A stretch of 64,000 nucleotides of DNA from an uncultured Actinomycetes bacterium (lineage in GTDB: Bacteria; Actinomycetota; Thermoleophilia; Gaiellales; Gaiellaceae): positions 19,306 to 83,305 of the forward strand of contig CAWDSD010000026.1 in the NCBI GenBank assembly GCA_963804935.1, in the 5' to 3' direction. Below are positions 44,502 to 53,347 of this stretch, piece by piece. The notes beneath the pieces are model-generated. The model saw nothing but the letters and a program-made list of their open reading frames with translations, did not search any database and was not told where the DNA came from. Numbering within the stretch: the first letter of the stretch is position 1; the number at the start of each line of letters is the position of its first letter. Both the position numbers and the translations under genes were made by a program.

Positions 44502-45384
44502 CGGCCGCCTGTTGGGGCAGCGGTGCGATCAGCGGCAGCCGCGGCTTTCCTGACCTCGTGCCGAAGTCGCCGCTCAGCGCGGGGTCGGCGAGCAAGGCGA
44601 TGAGTGCGAGTTTTCCGAACTGCAGGTCGATGTCGTCCACCGTGGAAAGGCCCGCAGTGTGGAATGCCTTGAGCGAAGAGCCGTCGTCCTTCGTGCCCTC
44701 CACGCCGATCACGGGAACACCGACGTCCGAGAGGCCCGCGTAAAGACCCTTGAGGAAGACGGCGGTCGGACCGGTCTGCGGCTTCGCTGTTCGGACGATC
44801 ACGACTCCGTCGGCGGGTCTCTTGGACGGCCCGATCGTCTCCTCGACGATTTGACTCCGCAGTGCGTTCCACAACGGAGTGTCCTTCCCGGCGACGAACT
44901 CCTGTCCCAGCGCCTGACCGAGGTTCTTGAGCTCCTCCGGACCGGCGTAGTGCGCGAGGAACGGCTTCTTCGCGAGCGCCTTCTCGAGCGAGCTCGGATC
45001 GACCGGAACCTTGACCGCCGTGAATCGCAGGGTCGAGCCGGCGTTGGCATCGGCCAGCGCCTGCGTGATCTTCGAGCGGCGATCGTCGCTCGAGGAGCCG
45101 ACGAAGAGCACCGCGACTCTCTTTCCCTTCAGTCGGTTCGCGACGACGCTCTTGTACGTCGCGTCGACGAAGGCGTGGTCGGCAGAACCTGTCTGGCTGA
45201 GCGAGTCGGCCCGGCTTCGTTGCACATCGGCCTGGTTCTCGGCGCGGCGCAGGTCTTCCTCGAGCCGCTTGCGCTCGGTGTTTCCGAGGCCGTGCGACGC
45301 GAGCGCGACACCGACGAGGATGCCGATCACGAGCGCGAAGAAGACCGCGGCAAGTGACGCGACGTGGTAGCGGAGATCGAACAT
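44494..45384 (-). CDS. MctB/SteB-family membrane protein (DUF3186, copper-transporter annotation)
   Basis: MFDLRYHVASLAAVFFALVIGILVG N-terminus resembles mycobacterial Rv1698. Position between steA-like and pyrG matches actinobacterial synteny. Confidence 0.7.
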   Translation of the reverse strand: MFDLRYHVASLAAVFFALVIGILVGVALASHGLGNTERKRLEEDLRRAENQADVQRSRADSLSQTGSADHAFVDATYKSVVANRLKGKRVAVLFVGSSSDDRRSKITQALADANAGSTLRFTAVKVPVDPSSLEKALAKKPFLAHYAGPEELKNLGQALGQEFVAGKDTPLWNALRSQIVEETIGPSKRPADGVVIVRTAKPQTGPTAVFLKGLYAGLSDVGVPVIGVEGTKDDGSSLKAFHTAGLSTVDDIDLQFGKLALIALLADPALSGDFGTRSGKPRLPLIAPLPQQAAGG

Positions 45385-45399
45385 GAGGGGGCGAGCGGC

Positions 45400-45822
45400 T
45401 TAGAGCTCCGCGCCAGTCTGGCACAAGGCGTGCAGGCGGGCTAACGCCCTGCGCGGGAGGGACTTGCTGAACCCGTACAGCCAGGGCGCCTCGACGTTGA
45501 GGGTCGCGATCGTCCGGCTCGGGCCCTTCTCCTCGAGCTGCAGCTCCGCATCGATGTGATCGCCGCTCAGCGTCCAGCCGAAGCGTTCGAGCGGTCGCAC
45601 CGTCGTGACGAGAAGCATTCCGCTCGACGCGGGCCGCCGTAGGAGCGTCGGCTGGTCCTTGCCGTGCACGTGCCAGCGCGCGCCCTCGGCCAGGCCGCGC
45701 CGGTCCGGCTCGACGGCTGCGATGTCCGGCCACCAGTCGGGAAAGTGGTGCGGCTCGGCGACGAACGCCCAGACGTCCTCACGCGAGGCGAGCAGCTCCC
45801 GCGTGGCCGAGGCTCGAGGCAT
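45400..45822 (-). CDS. SRPBCC (START/polyketide cyclase-like) family protein
   Basis: 140 aa with SREDVWAFVAEPHHFPDWWPDI, typical of the SRPBCC N-terminus. Confidence 0.7.
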   Translation of the reverse strand: MPRASATRELLASREDVWAFVAEPHHFPDWWPDIAAVEPDRRGLAEGARWHVHGKDQPTLLRRPASSGMLLVTTVRPLERFGWTLSGDHIDAELQLEEKGPSRTIATLNVEAPWLYGFSKSLPRRALARLHALCQTGAEL

Positions 45823-45837
45823 GGGGGAAGAGTAGTT

Positions 45838-46971
45838 TCAACCGATGCCGAGCAGGTCGCGCAAGCGCAGCGCGATGTACTCGATCAGGTGCCGGAGCGC
45901 CGGTGAGACCAGGATGGCGACGGCGATCGCCCCCAGGCCGGCCAGCGCGAAGAAGACGAGCGGCCAGATCCCGACCTGCCGGCTCGCCAGCCGGGAAACG
46001 CCTTTGGCGTCGATGAGGATCTCGCCCACCTTCAGGCGGGTGACGAACGTCGACGACATCCCGTCGCGGTTTCGCTCGAGGAACTCGATCAGGTTGAAGT
46101 GCGTCCCCACGGCGACGATCAGCTCGGACCCTTTCTCGTAGGCCAGGAGCAGCGCGATGTCTTCGCTGATCCCCGTCGCTCGTACGACTTCGTACGCAAC
46201 ACCGAGCTGCTGTGCCCGCTCCTCCCCGGGTGCATGCCCGTCGCGGTAACCGTGGACGAGCAGCTCGGCACCGGAGCAAAGGGCTTCGTCCGACAGCGAA
46301 TCCATGTCGCCCACGATCACGTCCGGCTTGTAGCCGGCCTCGAGGAGTGCATCCGCACCGCCGTCGACGGCGATCAGCACCGGCTTGAAGTCGCGGATGT
46401 ACGGCCGGACCATCCGCAGGTCGCGCTTGTGACCGGGACCGCGTGCGACGACGAGCGCATGCCGGTCCCGGAAGCGCGTGGCAATCGCCGGGAAATCGAT
46501 CCCTTCGGCGAGCAGCTTGCCCTCCTCGCGCAGGTAGCGCATCGTGTTCTCGGCGAACGCCTCGAGGGCTTCGGTCACGCGGCCTCGCTGCTCGGCGAGT
46601 GCGCTCTCGAGCTCGCGCTCCTCGAGCACACGGCCCGCGGCGAGGCAGGTGCCGTTGCGGTAGAGCCCTGCGCCGCGCACGGTCAGAAGCTCGCCCTCGT
46701 GCACGTCGTCGAAGATGTCGGCGCCGTCGACGTCGATGAGGCGGATGCCACCGCGCACGAGCGCGAGCGGACCCGGGTTCGGGAAGCGTCCGGATTGCGA
46801 CTCGGCGACGTTGACGACGACGCGGACGCCGGACTCGAGCAGTGCCTCCGCAGACACGCGGTCGAGATCGGTGTGGTCGATGATCGCGATGTCGTCGGCG
46901 GAAAGGCGCTTGACGAGATTCTTCGTCCGGCGGTCGAGCTTCGCGTGGCCGGTGAGCTCGACGAAACTCAT
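45838..46971 (-). CDS. steA: SteA-like putative cytokinetic ring protein (Rv1697 homologue)
   Basis: 377 aa with KNLVKRLSADDIAIIDHTDLDRVSAEAL, VIVGDMDS and a C-terminal TM. Lies immediately downstream of recN, as in Actinobacteria. Confidence 0.7.
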   Translation of the reverse strand: MSFVELTGHAKLDRRTKNLVKRLSADDIAIIDHTDLDRVSAEALLESGVRVVVNVAESQSGRFPNPGPLALVRGGIRLIDVDGADIFDDVHEGELLTVRGAGLYRNGTCLAAGRVLEERELESALAEQRGRVTEALEAFAENTMRYLREEGKLLAEGIDFPAIATRFRDRHALVVARGPGHKRDLRMVRPYIRDFKPVLIAVDGGADALLEAGYKPDVIVGDMDSLSDEALCSGAELLVHGYRDGHAPGEERAQQLGVAYEVVRATGISEDIALLLAYEKGSELIVAVGTHFNLIEFLERNRDGMSSTFVTRLKVGEILIDAKGVSRLASRQVGIWPLVFFALAGLGAIAVAILVSPALRHLIEYIALRLRDLLGIG

Positions 46972-46978
46972 CGGAAGA

Positions 46979-48607
46979 TCATTTGCTCACGCTCGAGAGG
47001 AACTCGCGGCCGCCGAGCATGCGTTGCAGCTCGTCGCGGCGCTCTGCTTCGTCGAGCGGCTGGATGCGCGTGTGCGTCGGGTCGCCCGGGATCTTCTCGA
47101 CACGGAAGTGACGATCAGCGACGCTCGCGATCTGCGGAAGGTGGGTGATCGTGATGACCTGCGCTCGTTCGGCGAGCCGTCGGAGCGTCTCGGCGACGCG
47201 GTGTGCTGTCTCACCGCCGACCCCGGCGTCGATCTCGTCGAACACCATCGTGTCGCCGCCGGCAACCGCTGCGATCGCGAGCGCGATTCGCGACAGCTCG
47301 CCTCCCGAGGCGGTCTCCGCAACGGGTGCGAGCGGTAGTCCGCGGTTCGGCCGGACGAGAAATGCGACCTCGTCGGAGCCGCTCGAGGCGGGATCACGTT
47401 CGCGCAGCTCTGCGACGAACTCTCCCTCTCCCATCCCGACGCCCACGAGCTCTTGCGCGACCGCCGCCGCGAAGCGAGGTGCCGCGTCGTGGCGCGCGGC
47501 GCGGAGCGCATCGGCGAGCTCCCGGACGCTCTGCTCTGCGACGGCCAACGCCTTGGCGGCGGCAGCCGCCGGATCGAATCCCTCGTCGATCGCCTCGAGC
47601 TCCGCTCGGGCCGCCGCTGCCCGTGCAAGCAACTCCTCGTACGACGCCGCGCGGAAGCGGCGCTTGGCGTCGGCGATGCGATCGAGCTCCGCTTCGAGCT
47701 GCTCGAGCTTTCCGGGCTCCGCCTCGAGCGTGGTCAGGAAGCCGCGCAGCTCACTCGCCGCCTCCCGCAGGCGCAGCTCGGCGTCCCGCAGCTCGTCGCC
47801 GGCACGCGCGAGCTCCGGCGCCAGCGACTCGATCGGCGCAAGCGCGCGCTCTGCGTTTGCAACGAGCCCGGCCGCACCGTCGCCCTCGTCGGGAGCGAGC
47901 GCGTCGGCCGCTGCCGCGGTTCCTTCTGCGAGCTCGGTGATGTGCCGAAGCCGCTCGCGCTGTGCGCGCAGCGTCTCCTCCGTGTCGGGCTCGAAGCCCG
48001 TCGTGTCTTCCACGAGTGCGCGGAACTCCGCAAGGCGTGCCTCCGCGGCGACCGCGCCCGTCTGAAGCTCGTCATGCCGTCGCCTCGCGGCAAGGAGCTC
48101 GCGCCAGGCGACCCGCGATTCGGCGCGCAACTTCAGCTGGTCGTCGCCGATGAACGAGTCGAGCACATCGAGCTGGTACGAGGGCCGGCCGAGCCGGCGT
48201 TGCTCGAACTGCCCCGACATCGCGATCAGCCGCTCCCCGGCTGCGGCGAGGTCCTCGCGGGCCGCGCCGCGCCCCCAGGCATACGCGCGGGTCCGCCCGT
48301 CCGCGAAGACCCGGCGGGCGACGAGCAGCCCTTCCTCGTCCTCGGGACGAAGCTCCGCGAACGACTCGAATTCCTCCTCCTCTAGCAGCCCAGGCGGGAG
48401 ATCGAGCTCGGCCTCGACGTAGGCCTCCGCCCCGTCAGGGCCGATGTAGGCCGAGTCGCCCTTCGCGCCGAGCAGGAGCCCGATTGCCTGCGCGAGAATC
48501 GTCTTCCCCGCGCCGGTCTCCCCGGTGATGGCATTGAGCCCGGGGGCGAAGGCGAGCTCGGCCTCGTGGATGAGGACGAGGTTCTCGATGCGGAGGCGGC
48601 GGAGCAT
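46979..48607 (-). CDS. recN: DNA repair protein RecN
   Basis: MLRRLRIENLVLI...ITGETGAGKT Walker A, long coiled coil, SGGELSRIALAI signature and FDEIDAG. Confidence 0.95.
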   Translation of the reverse strand: MLRRLRIENLVLIHEAELAFAPGLNAITGETGAGKTILAQAIGLLLGAKGDSAYIGPDGAEAYVEAELDLPPGLLEEEEFESFAELRPEDEEGLLVARRVFADGRTRAYAWGRGAAREDLAAAGERLIAMSGQFEQRRLGRPSYQLDVLDSFIGDDQLKLRAESRVAWRELLAARRRHDELQTGAVAAEARLAEFRALVEDTTGFEPDTEETLRAQRERLRHITELAEGTAAAADALAPDEGDGAAGLVANAERALAPIESLAPELARAGDELRDAELRLREAASELRGFLTTLEAEPGKLEQLEAELDRIADAKRRFRAASYEELLARAAAARAELEAIDEGFDPAAAAAKALAVAEQSVRELADALRAARHDAAPRFAAAVAQELVGVGMGEGEFVAELRERDPASSGSDEVAFLVRPNRGLPLAPVAETASGGELSRIALAIAAVAGGDTMVFDEIDAGVGGETAHRVAETLRRLAERAQVITITHLPQIASVADRHFRVEKIPGDPTHTRIQPLDEAERRDELQRMLGGREFLSSVSK

Positions 48608-48667
48608 GGTGCCGTCGAGATGGTAAGCGGCGGAGCGGCGCGGCACCATCGTCCGCGAATCCCACGC

Positions 48668-48689
48668 CCTTTAAAGGTAGACGCGTCTA
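48668..48689. promoter_or_regulatory. two abutting perfect palindromes upstream of recN (candidate operator)
   Basis: CCTTTAAAGG (48668..48677) is directly followed by TAGACGCGTCTA (48678..48689), 61-82 nt upstream of the recN ATG. Confidence 0.35.
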
Positions 48690-48773
48690 GCCTCGGGACA
48701 CCCCACCTCCCTCCCCTGACGTCGAGCCTAGCCCTGGAAGGCGCACGTGTCTGCGCCGGATCCGGGCCTGGAA

Positions 48774-49637
48774 TCAGGAGCCGAAGGTGTCCCGGTAGCG
48801 CCTGAAGAAGGTGGCTTCGGGGAGCGTGGCGAGGAGGCTTCGCTGTTCTGCCAGCCGGATCGAGATCGGCGAGCCGTGGCCGACATCCGTGAGCAGATGG
48901 CCGTCGACGAGGACGGTCGCGTCGACGTCGAGTGTCTGATTGCGGATCTCGAGGTCGATGCCCCGAGGAACGACGAGCGGGCGCGCGTGCAGCGAATGCG
49001 GGGCGATGAACGTGACCACCATCGCGTCGAGCCCGCGCGCCAGAACGGGGCCGCCGTTCGAAAGGTTGTAGGCAGTCGACCCCGCCGGGCTCGCGCAGAT
49101 CATCCCGTCACAAGGTTGCACGCCCATGTCTTCGCCGCCGAGAGCCCACGAGAGCTCGACCATCCGGCCCCGAATCGAGCTGAGCACCACGACGTCGTTG
49201 ATGGCGGCACCGCGGACCCCGTCGACCTCGACCTCGAGCGTCGTCAGGTGCACGACGCGGTAGTCGCCGGCGAACACGCGCGACAGTCCCGACTCGAGCT
49301 CGTTCGGCTGTACGGAGGCGAGAAAGCCGACGCGGCCGAAGTTCACGCCGACGACAGGGATCGGCGTCCCGAGGAAACGCTGCAGCGCGCGCAACATCGT
49401 CCCATCGCCGCCGAGCACGACGGCGATGTCGGCGCCGGTGAGATCCTGCTCGGGCTCGCCGACGCCGTGCTTCTCGACCTCCTCGTCCGGGAGCAGCAGT
49501 TCGACGCCCGCCTCTTGCGCGACCTTCTCGAGACGCTCGAGAGCCGGCCCGATCGTCACCGGCTTGCCGTGCGTGATGACGGCCGCGCGTCGGACGGTGT
49601 CAGACGATCGCTGCTGCGATCTTGGCGTCGAGGTCAT
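48774..49637 (-). CDS. nadK: NAD+ kinase
   Basis: GGDGTMLRA, NFGRVGFL and STAYNLS motifs. ATG 49637 (GTG 49658 alternative). Both overlap the tlyA 3' end. Confidence 0.9.
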   Translation of the reverse strand: MTSTPRSQQRSSDTVRRAAVITHGKPVTIGPALERLEKVAQEAGVELLLPDEEVEKHGVGEPEQDLTGADIAVVLGGDGTMLRALQRFLGTPIPVVGVNFGRVGFLASVQPNELESGLSRVFAGDYRVVHLTTLEVEVDGVRGAAINDVVVLSSIRGRMVELSWALGGEDMGVQPCDGMICASPAGSTAYNLSNGGPVLARGLDAMVVTFIAPHSLHARPLVVPRGIDLEIRNQTLDVDATVLVDGHLLTDVGHGSPISIRLAEQRSLLATLPEATFFRRYRDTFGS

Positions 49638-50364
49638 CTGGGAGCTGCGGGTGCTCACGGTGATGGAGATGGAGAAAGACTTCCCGGTTGCCCTTCGGCC
49701 CCGGTAGCCCGGAGTCTACGGCCCCCAACGTTTCCGCCCCCCAGTGCAGCGCCGCGTCTGCAACTTCGCGCACGACCCGAGCGCGCACCTCGGGGTCACG
49801 CACGACGCCTCCCTTGCCGACTTCCGCTCGACCCGCCTCGAACTGCGGCTTCACGAGCACCAGCGCTTCCCAGCCGGGCGTGGCGAGTGCGAGAGCCGCC
49901 GGCAACGCGAGGCGCACGCTGATGAACGAGACGTCGCAAACAACGAGGTCAGGCGCGAACGGAAGCTCGCGCAGCTCGCGCGCATTGGTGCGCTCGAGGA
50001 CGGAGACACGAGGGTCGGCCCGGAGCCGTTCGTGCAGCTGTCCGTAGCCGACGTCGACCGAGGCGACACGCTCGGCCCCTCGCTGCAGCAGGACGTCGGT
50101 GAAGCCCCCCGTGGAGGCGCCGACGTCGAGGCAGTCGCGCCCCGCCGGATCCACCCCGAACGCGTCGAGAGCGTTCGCGAGCTTCTCGCCGCCACGGGAG
50201 ACGTACGGCGGCGGCACTGCGACTTCCAGCTCGGCGGATTCGTCCACCTGCATCCCCGGCTTTTCGTAGCCGCGCACACGACCGGCCATCACGAGCGCCT
50301 GAGCCTGCGAGCGGGTCTCCGCAAGGCCGCGCTCGACAAGCAGCACGTCGAGCCGCTTCTTCAC
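49600..50364 (-). CDS. tlyA: TlyA-family rRNA (cytidine-2'-O)-methyltransferase
   Basis: S4 N-terminus KKRLDVLLVERGLAETRSQAQ, SAM motif DVGASTGGFTDVLLQRGA and VLVKPQFE. GTG 50364. Confidence 0.9.
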   Translation of the reverse strand: MKKRLDVLLVERGLAETRSQAQALVMAGRVRGYEKPGMQVDESAELEVAVPPPYVSRGGEKLANALDAFGVDPAGRDCLDVGASTGGFTDVLLQRGAERVASVDVGYGQLHERLRADPRVSVLERTNARELRELPFAPDLVVCDVSFISVRLALPAALALATPGWEALVLVKPQFEAGRAEVGKGGVVRDPEVRARVVREVADAALHWGAETLGAVDSGLPGPKGNREVFLHLHHREHPQLPDDLDAKIAAAIV

Positions 50365-50365
50365 T

Positions 50366-51139
50366 TCACGACGTGCGCGTCGCGAGACCGGCGACGATGT
50401 CCTCGAGCTGCGACGTGTCGGCAGGGATGCCGGCGAGACGCTCGCGAGCGCGGAGCGCAGCCTCATCGGCGCGTGTGCGCGCACCCGCCTGCCCGTGCAC
50501 GAGCACGTACCCGTCTCCGTCGAGGATGTCGTCCACGATCTGAAAGAGCAGTCCGAGCTCGTCGCCGAACGCGCGCCACGGCGTCTGGTCGCGCTCGGCT
50601 ACGCCGGCGACCCAGAGCGCCATCCCGACTGAAGCCGCGAAGAGACGACCGGTCTTGAGCCTGTGCAACGTCTCCTCGTCGGGCGCGGACTCGGTCACGT
50701 CGAGGTATTGCCCGCCGATCATGCCGAGCGTCGCCTGGGCGAGCTCGCGCCCGACCTGCGGGAACGGGTACGAGAGCGCAAGCCGGAATGCTTCGGCCAG
50801 CAAGGCATCACCGGCGAGGACCGCAACAGCCTCGCCGTACTGGGCCCACACCGACGGACGGCCGCGGCGCTCCGCGTCGTTGTCGAGGGAAGGCAGATCG
50901 TCGTGGACGAGCGAGAAGGCGTGCACGAGCTCGAGCGACGCTGCCGCCGGAAGCCCGGCTTCGGCGTCACCGCCCGCGGCCTCGACGGTCGCAAGGCAGA
51001 TCACTGCCCGTACCCGCTTGCCCCCCTCGAGCGCGTACCGCACTGCGCCGGCCTGACCATGGAGCTCCGGCGTCAGAGCAAGGTCGCCGAGATATCCCTC
51101 GGCAAGCACACGCAGTCGATCAGGGCTCTGCACCGGCAT
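50366..51139 (-). CDS. ispA: polyprenyl (farnesyl/geranylgeranyl) diphosphate synthase
   Basis: First Asp-rich motif LVHDDLPSLDNDAERRG and second motif FQIVDDILD. Confidence 0.9.
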   Translation of the reverse strand: MPVQSPDRLRVLAEGYLGDLALTPELHGQAGAVRYALEGGKRVRAVICLATVEAAGGDAEAGLPAAASLELVHAFSLVHDDLPSLDNDAERRGRPSVWAQYGEAVAVLAGDALLAEAFRLALSYPFPQVGRELAQATLGMIGGQYLDVTESAPDEETLHRLKTGRLFAASVGMALWVAGVAERDQTPWRAFGDELGLLFQIVDDILDGDGYVLVHGQAGARTRADEAALRARERLAGIPADTSQLEDIVAGLATRTS

Positions 51140-51323
51140 CCGCTTCGCGCTTCGCCTTCTGGAGCTCCTCCTCGATCGCCTTGCTGAGCTCGGAGAGCTC
51201 CGTCAGAACGTCGAGCGCCTTGTCGGCGTCGTCGGCCTGGGTGAGCCGTTCGAGCTCTGCCCGCGTCTGCTCGAGGCGAGCCAGCAGCTCCTCGGCCCGC
51301 GCGAGGGACTCTTCAGCGCTCAC
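51120..51323 (-). CDS. 67-aa coiled-coil protein, possibly a divergent exonuclease VII small subunit
   Basis: VSAEESLARAEELLARLEQ...ELSKAIEEELQKAK loosely resembles XseB and occupies the xseB position upstream of ispA. GTG 51323 overlaps the nusB stop (GTGA). Confidence 0.4.
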   Translation of the reverse strand: MSAEESLARAEELLARLEQTRAELERLTQADDADKALDVLTELSELSKAIEEELQKAKREADAGAEP

Positions 51324-51700
51324 GACACGCGCTCTCTGACGATTCGACCAAGAATGCCGTTCACCAAGCGTGCAGCATCGTCGGTTGCGTAGCGCTTTGC
51401 CAGATTGACCGCCTCGTCGATCGCGACCTCGTCGGGAATGTCGTCGCGATCCAGCTCGTGCAGGGCGATCCGCAGGATGTTGCGCTCGATCGCGCCGAGC
51501 CGATCCGCCGTCCAGCCCTCGGCCGCATCCGTGATCCGGCGGTCGTACTCCTCGGCGTTCGCAGCGACAGCCTCGGCCGTCTCGCGTGCGTAGACGTCGA
51601 TTTCCCCCTCGTACAGCGACGCGAGCGGTTGCCCGGTGACGTCCCATTGATAAAGGAGAAAGAGCGCCGTCCTGCGAGCGGTGCGACGGCCGCCGCTCAC
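51320..51700 (-). CDS. nusB: transcription antitermination factor NusB
   Basis: RRTARRTALFLLYQWD, AIERNILRIALHEL and INEAV-like DEAVNLAKRY. GTG 51700 overlaps the asp23 stop (GTGA). Confidence 0.9.
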   Translation of the reverse strand: MSGGRRTARRTALFLLYQWDVTGQPLASLYEGEIDVYARETAEAVAANAEEYDRRITDAAEGWTADRLGAIERNILRIALHELDRDDIPDEVAIDEAVNLAKRYATDDAARLVNGILGRIVRERVS

Positions 51701-51999
51701 GTGATTTCCTCGACGAACACGTCGACCCCGTCGACCTCCACGGCGCACATGGTTGCAAGCGCGGACGCGACCTCTTCCTGGACGGCGCGTGCGACGTCGG
51801 GAAGGATCGCGCCGTAACGCGCGGTGAGCTCGAGGCGGACGCGGGCATGGCCGGCCGACACCTCCACGTCGAGCCGGCGCCGCCCACGCCGGACCTGCGC
51901 GCCGTCGACCGAGTCGCCTGCCTGTGCGACGAGCGAGTGGAGCGCCGCCGGCGTGACCGTGATGCTGCCGCCCGTCGACTGGGGCACGACGTAGCTCAT
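51697..51999 (-). CDS. Asp23/Gls24-family envelope stress protein
   Basis: 100 aa with VRLELTARYGAILPDVARAVQEEVASAL...VDGVDVFVEEI. ATG 51999 overlaps the accC stop. Confidence 0.8.
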   Translation of the reverse strand: MSYVVPQSTGGSITVTPAALHSLVAQAGDSVDGAQVRRGRRRLDVEVSAGHARVRLELTARYGAILPDVARAVQEEVASALATMCAVEVDGVDVFVEEIT

Positions 52000-53345
52000 C
52001 CCGCTCCGACCGCGGTAAGCCGCGTCTCGTCGAGAAAGCTCGTCGAGTAGCGCCCGCTCCGGAACGTGTCGCTCGCGAGGATTTCGAGCGCCGCCTCTCT
52101 CGTGGTCGGAACGCCGCGGAGCTCGAGCTCGCTCAGGGCTCGAAGCGAGCGTTCGATCGCGGACGCGCGGTCTTCGTCCCAGACGACGAGCTTCCCGATC
52201 AGCGAGTCGTAGTAAGGCGGAATCACGGACCCTTCCTCGATGTGCGTGTCGAGACGGACGCCCGGTCCAAGCGGCGGCCGAAAGCGTTCGATCACTCCGG
52301 GCGCCGGCGCGAAGCCGCGCGCTGGGTCCTCCGCGTTGAGCCGAATCTCGATCGCGTGCCCACGCCGCGCAGCGCGGCCGGTTTCGTGCAACTGCTCGCC
52401 GGAGGCGATCCGCAGCTGTTCCCGCACGATGTCGATCCCGGTCACCAGCTCGCTGACGGGATGCTCGACCTGAAGGCGCGCATTCAGCTCGATGAAGTAG
52501 TACGAGCCGTCGGGCGCGAGCAGAAACTCGAAGGTGCCGGCGTTCAGGTACGAGATCGCACGACAGGCCCGCGCCACCCCGGTTTCCATCGCCTCGCGCG
52601 TCGCGTCGTCGAGCGCCGGTGACGGGGACTCCTCGATCAGCTTCTGGTGACGGCGTTGAATCGAGCATTCGCGCTCGCCGAGCGTGAGCACACCGCCGTC
52701 GGCATCGCACAACACCTGCACCTCGACGTGTCGCGCCGGGGTGATCAGCTTCTCGAGGTAGAGCGTGCTGTCGCCGAACGCCGCCAGGGCCTCGCCGCTC
52801 GCGCCGGCGAACGCGTCTTCGAGGTCATCGGCCCGCTCGACGAGGCGCATTCCTTTCCCGCCGCCGCCCGCGGAAGCCTTCAACAGCACCGGATAGCCCA
52901 GCTCGGCGGCTCCCTTGGCCGCTTCATCGGCTCCGACGGCTTCCGTGCCCGGCACCAGCGGCAGCCCGGCCGCTGCCAGTTCTCGCTTGGCCTCGACCTT
53001 GTCGCCCATGCGCGCCATCACGTCTGCGTCGGGGCCGATGAAGACGAGGTCGTTGTCCTCGCACGCGCGGACGAAGTCCGGGTTCTCAGACAGGAACCCG
53101 TAGCCCGGATGGACGGCTTCGCAACCGGTCGTCTCGCCGGCCGCCACCACCGAGGCGATGTTGAGGTAGCTCTCGGTCGCCGAGGGCGGTCCGATGCAGA
53201 TGGACCGGTCTGCGAGACGCGTCGGAAGCGTTCCGGCGTCCGCAGTCGAGTAGACGGCGACGGCCTCGATGCCGAGCTCGTGCAACGCGCGGATCACCCG
53301 CACCGCGATCTCGCCGCGGTTGGCAACGAGCACGCGCGAGAACAT
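51996..53345 (-). CDS. accC: biotin carboxylase (acetyl-CoA carboxylase AccC type)
   Basis: MFSRVLVANRGEIAVRVIRA N-terminus, ATP-grasp GGGGKGMR and the full 449 aa. Confidence 0.95.
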   Translation of the reverse strand: MFSRVLVANRGEIAVRVIRALHELGIEAVAVYSTADAGTLPTRLADRSICIGPPSATESYLNIASVVAAGETTGCEAVHPGYGFLSENPDFVRACEDNDLVFIGPDADVMARMGDKVEAKRELAAAGLPLVPGTEAVGADEAAKGAAELGYPVLLKASAGGGGKGMRLVERADDLEDAFAGASGEALAAFGDSTLYLEKLITPARHVEVQVLCDADGGVLTLGERECSIQRRHQKLIEESPSPALDDATREAMETGVARACRAISYLNAGTFEFLLAPDGSYYFIELNARLQVEHPVSELVTGIDIVREQLRIASGEQLHETGRAARRGHAIEIRLNAEDPARGFAPAPGVIERFRPPLGPGVRLDTHIEEGSVIPPYYDSLIGKLVVWDEDRASAIERSLRALSELELRGVPTTREAALEILASDTFRSGRYSTSFLDETRLTAVGAG

Positions 53346-53347
53346 CG

